Part shown: one piece after another, positions 30,705-34,914 of the stretch
How positions within the stretch are numbered: the first letter of the stretch is position 1
Layout: each line of letters begins with the position of its first letter
Assembly (NCBI GenBank): GCA_010093745.1
Contig: MU006013.1
Location: forward strand, 62,001-96,914
Direction of reading: 5' to 3'
From: Piedraia hortae CBS 480.64
Lineage: Eukaryota
Length of the DNA: 34,914 nucleotides
Notes under the pieces: generated by a model
Seen by the model: only the letters and a program-made list of their open reading frames with translations
What the model was told of the DNA's origin: nothing
The model's database searches: none
Translations under genes and position numbers: made by a program

Positions 30705-31656
30705 CAGTGCCCCCAAAACTGCCCATAATCGACACCTCACTTGGTGCAGTAGATTAGGAATTAGTATCGCCAGATAGCTCTTCCAATATGCCGTCTAACG
30801 AGCCTTATTTGGTGCTTGTACAATGCGTGTTGCATAAGACAATGTGAGTTGAGTCGTGGCCGGTGATTTGGGCACTTTTATGGGGGCCAACGTGAACAAC
30901 AAACGATCATCACGCAAGTGAAAGCTGTCCAAAACGCGCCAAACTCCCGCAGCATGCGTCATCCGTAAGGACAAATCCATTGGCATAAGTTTGACTTATA
31001 TCGCGCCAGTGTCGTACAGTGCGGCCGCTCGAGAGGTCAAACGCGAGAATGTCCTTGCCAGCTTTCAGCAAGGCAAATCAGAGCGCAGGATAGCCGAAGA
31101 AGCTGGTTGCTCGAAATGGTACGTTCAGAAACCAAAAAAAAAACCCAAAGAAATTTTCAGACTTCGAGAAAATTGTAGGAGGACGTCCCAAAAAACTGTT
31201 GGATGTCGACGAACGACGCGCAATGCGTCTATTGAGAACAAGATATTGCGAGTCGGCAGCAGAAGTTGATTGGCAAGATACGACAAGCCAGCCGCAGGCA
31301 AACGCGAGCTAATGGAAAGAATTCAGGACCGTTGGAATTCAGTGACCTCGGAAAAATATATGAACCTCATTAGTAGCATGCCGGACAGGTTGGTGGCGGT
31401 GAAGAAGGCGAAAGGGGGCGCCACCAAGTATTAAAGCTACCCCGCCATAAGAGTGCCCACATACTTAGACAGCACAGATAGATGTCTCTCGCTACACGCA
31501 TTGTAAAAACATCAAGCTAGGCTCGTTCATTGGATAGCGCATTGGAAGGGCTATCAAATTGCACTACTTTCTAGTCTATTGCACCAAGTGAGATGTCGAT
31601 TATGAACAGATTCCGTAAAAGACGCTAAATATGTGGGGCAGTTTTGTGGGGCACTC
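30705..31656 (+). mobile_element. Tc1/mariner (Tc1-type) element, internally deleted, 952 bp
   Basis: Ends read TA|CAGTGCCCCCAAAACTGCCC and GGGCAGTTTTGTGGGGCACTC|TA. Imperfect TIRs at ~30705-30804 and ~31520-31656. Transposase N- and C-terminal remnants lie between them. Confidence 0.9.
31009..31434 (+). pseudogene. Tc1 transposase remnant lacking the DDE domain
   Basis: HTH-like GKSERRIAEEAGCSKWYVQK; frameshifted GGRPKKL motif; typical Tc1 C-terminus ELMERIQDRWNSVTSEKYMNLISSMPDRLVAVKKAKGGATKY*. Confidence 0.88.
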
Positions 31657-32368
31657 TATAAATGTCAATGCTGTTGTGCAGGTCTGTTGTGAATATGCGG
31701 TATATTACGCGCATTATTAGTAACCGGCGCTCGGCTCTCGACTTCACGCGTCAACTAGTTTTCCGTAGAGGTTTGTATGCAGGTACACATCTACTCACAA
31801 TCATAATAACCACCTCTTTTGTTCAAGAAGATAACGAGCTCGAGTACTAGGGAAGAAAGAGCCAAGAGGCTATCCAAGGTGCACTGACCTGGGCCCATGC
31901 TTCACAGACCTGCTACCTATCTGCGGGTATGTCAACGAGCTACAGGGAGAACTGAAATTCCAACATGAAACCACCCACGAGGATACGAATAATTAGGCCT
32001 ACGATTAGACGACATGCAAGAGAGGACTGTGAAAGACATTTGGCGTCTGCGGCACGAAAGCTGGCCCTAGGAAGTGAGAGGGTGGACTCCACATTTGAAT
32101 GCCGCAGCTCGATGACGTCTGCGCCTGAGTCAACTCGTGGCGTACCACTCCATCACCAATCTGACCACGGTGAACAGTCTTTCCTAGAAGTTCGGGTACC
32201 TAATCGCTGGGCAAACATGGCTATCACAATTTCACAGGCACTCTCGATTCGAACCCTCGTAAAACTTTCAGCAACCCCTCTCTACCACCCATTGACCAAT
32301 TACAATAGCCAAGCCAACCCCCGTGCCATTACAAGGTACCTAACTTAGCTGAGCAAGCCCATTATCTC

Positions 32369-32413
32369 GAAAGTTAAATTGGGTTGCGAGTCTCGCACCC
32401 CAGTTTAACTTTC
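32369..32413. repeat. 45-bp near-perfect palindrome (22-bp arms, 1-nt spacer)
   Basis: GAAAGTTAAATTGGGTTGCGAG-T-CTCGCACCCCAGTTTAACTTTC; 20 of 22 positions are Watson-Crick complementary. Confidence 0.85.
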
Positions 32414-33681
32414 TCAAGCACGGATAACAGTGACTGCCACCAGACGACACGTTCTGCACACCCCCGAGCTGCCTAACGCGATGCACAACGGCGCGGTGAG
32501 ACTGGCAGAAGATTTTGGATGCTTTTACTGACAGACTGCTTCCGAACTGCTAGCCGAGGGCATGGAGGTAATCGTCGCAGTGTCTTCACGGAAGAAGGAC
32601 ACGCTCTCAAATCCCGACGCACTGTGCAGTCAACCTGGCGTTGTTGCTTCCCTACCCAATTGGGCCTAGGTTGTGACGTCACACAAACTGTAACGATTGA
32701 CCCGTCCACCAGCAATCCGTAGCAATTAATACATGGCAATCCGTAACATTACCCACCCAGCAATCAACAATGTCCCTCCCCCCAAAAAAACGTCGGCCCT
32801 CAATGCCTCCAAAAAAACGCAACCCCCCTCAAACGAAAATTCCCACCCCTTCACTCCTTCCGCCTTCCCCAGCTGGATCGAACTGGAATTCGAACCCGCC
32901 TTCTTGACCGTGATGAGTTGAAGAGGGAGGAAAGGGAAGAGATGATCAAAGTGAGGAATCGGAGACACGATTTTGAGGGGTTCGTAAGGACTTGGTTACG
33001 TGTCCTGGCGGAGAATGGAACGTTGGGGGAGTTGGTTAGGTGGCGTTAGGCGGGGCAGAGTGGATAAACGCTGCGACATAGCGGGTGGTGGGGCGGAATG
33101 GAAGGGTGCTGAGAAAACAAGGCAGAGATTCTCATGAGTGTGTTGCTCATTGCGTCTCGAGGACCACGAATAAACGGCGTAAGATGGTAGGTACGGTGAG
33201 CAATGGGTTGGTCATTTGGAGTGTAAACGTTATCCCCTACACAGAACACCTCAGTACTGTCACCCCAGTACTGTCAGTGTTTTGAGCAAATATCAGGTGC
33301 AGTTTAGATAATAATGTGATCAAGGTTACGGAGCTACTTGAAAGGCAGGCCTAGACCCGAAGCCATCAGGCTGAGCTGAATGCCACGCCGCAATTGTGCT
33401 TCCTGCCAACCCCTCCAGTTGGGAATAACTGTAGCTGCGCCCGATTGATCCCGGTCCATAAAGGCGGGGTAGTGTGGAGTAGGTTCGGGCCGTTTGCTGT
33501 CTGAGCTGCTACGATGCATCGACTTTATTAATATCCGCCAATTGGAATGGCTGCGCACTTTACCCGCGCGCGATCGGCGCGTCGCAGTTCCACCTCATCT
33601 GATCCAAACGTGCTGAAGTGCGCGCCTGAGCGAAACCTCGTGGCCTATCATTAAACGCCCAAATCTTAATAGGCACATCGC

Positions 33682-34914
33682 ATGGAAGGATCCGACCAGA
33701 TAGCTGCAATCGTCGGTACCAAACGGAAGCGCGATGGGGACGCATTATTAGAGTCGGACAGATCCCCGAAACGCTTTGCTACAAGTCTTTCGATTCGTTC
33801 TTTTGATATAAGCGGTCCGGATGACCCCGTTGCTCATTGGGTTTTAGCATCCAACTGGCCATCCAGCATGGGCGAACCTTCCAACCCCCGAAAGCGGACT
33901 GCAGAGTCTATAACCACAGTCCCGATCAACGAATACAAAAAGGTTATTGTTCAGCTTCCAACGAACGTCCAAAATTTGATGAAGCAGGAAAACTTGGAAA
34001 AGTACAGCAAGTATGGGAACGGTGTCTATCTTCCCGTTCCGGATACAGAGCTTGATTCTGCTAAAGCGTGGGACGAGAGGGAAAAAAGTTTCAGATATTC
34101 AAACGAATCCTACCTTGTCCAAAATTTGACCAAACTCATCCTGCCACGCCCCGCTGACATACTGACCAATGACGACCCTGGGAGGACGGAGATTAAGAAT
34201 CTTCCTAATGTCGACTGGAAATGGAAACTGTCGGATGGAAAACAACCGAGGCCGGACATCACTCTCGGTTTAAAGCCGGAAGTTTTCACCGCAACGCAGC
34301 TGAGAAGACTCGAAAATTACAATCAATTAAGACCAGCAGTGTTCGCGAAAGAGTTGTTTTTCCCATTCTTCGTGTGTGAGGTGAAGGCCCACAACGGCAA
34401 ATGGGATGAAGGACTAAAACAGGAGTTTGGTGCTGCGGCTACCTATGTTGACGCAATCGTTCAGTTGTGCGAGGCTGTCAAACCTGACGAGGTTAACCAG
34501 CTGCAGGGCCAGATCCTTGGCTTTGGCATGTTGCACAACCATGAGAAAATTGAAATCTATGGACACTTCTTTCTCAAGGAAGATGACGAGAAGGAGATCA
34601 ACTACTATCGCCACAAGTTTTTCGACATCCAAGTCAGCGAAAACTTTGAAGTGAATCCTGACTATGGCGTCCCGGGTGGGAGACATCCAGATCGCAGGAT
34701 GAGCAGTAAATCTGCTGCAATTATTCAGGAGCTGTACACCAAATTTTATGCCTTGCACAAGAAAAGAATCATGGACTATGTGAACATGCTGTCTGACGCA
34801 ACCGATCTACAAGTGGGCATCACCAAGGAGCATCTTGAGGCGACATCTAGCAAGAGACAAAGGACTGCCGCCAACGCTACCTCCACCGCCCAGGCTAACA
34901 ATAAAGTGATTGCG
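33682..34914 (+). CDS. Fungal PD-(D/E)xK nuclease-like protein (DUF7924-like), 3'-partial, at least 411 codons
   Basis: Hand translation in frame +1: ATG at 33682 after TAA TAG, no stop to the window end. Motifs DPVAHWV...WP, QPRPDITLGL, FFPFFVCEVK, HNHEKIEIYGHF, YYRHK. Missing from the ORF track because it has no stop in the window. Confidence 0.8.
   Translation, partial: MEGSDQIAAIVGTKRKRDGDALLESDRSPKRFATSLSIRSFDISGPDDPVAHWVLASNWPSSMGEPSNPRKRTAESITTVPINEYKKVIVQLPTNVQNLMKQENLEKYSKYGNGVYLPVPDTELDSAKAWDEREKSFRYSNESYLVQNLTKLILPRPADILTNDDPGRTEIKNLPNVDWKWKLSDGKQPRPDITLGLKPEVFTATQLRRLENYNQLRPAVFAKELFFPFFVCEVKAHNGKWDEGLKQEFGAAATYVDAIVQLCEAVKPDEVNQLQGQILGFGMLHNHEKIEIYGHFFLKEDDEKEINYYRHKFFDIQVSENFEVNPDYGVPGGRHPDRRMSSKSAAIIQELYTKFYALHKKRIMDYVNMLSDATDLQVGITKEHLEATSSKRQRTAANATSTAQANNKVIA

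Noticed and set aside
34414..34758. 114-aa minus-strand ORF and other short ORFs at 33837-34654
   Set aside because: They overlap the long frame +1 ORF starting at 33682, which has recognisable motifs.
1..34914. rRNA, tRNA, CRISPR arrays, LTR/LINE reverse transcriptase, Starship tyrosine recombinase
   Set aside because: No recognisable signatures seen by eye; covariance-model and HMM scans would be needed to exclude small RNAs formally.

Overview
Eukaryotic, filamentous-ascomycete-type genomic DNA. The short (47-56 nt) introns with CTRAY branch points support this; a Dothideomycete-like compact genome is my inference. Conserved genes: the 3' end of an unknown gene, a 3-exon Pal1 cell-morphology gene, an ankyrin-repeat gene, a GBD/FH3 (Rid1-like) gene with a probable GC-AG intron, the complex I 51-kDa subunit, an intronless 3211-aa VPS13 and a 4-exon APC amino-acid permease. 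Accessory DNA between them: (i) a 2264-bp element at 26231-28494 with CACAG...CTGTG ends, ~145-175-bp TIRs, TA flanks and a decayed, intron-containing CMC (CACTA/Mirage/Chapaev)-type transposase, sitting in the VPS13/permease divergent promoter; (ii) an internally deleted Tc1-type element at 30705-31656; (iii) a ~7-kb island of ORF debris containing nested tandem duplications; (iv) a 45-bp near-perfect palindrome; (v) an intact ORF of at least 411 codons with PD-(D/E)xK-like motifs that runs off the right end and is absent from the ORF track. Family assignments come from motif recognition by eye, not database searches.
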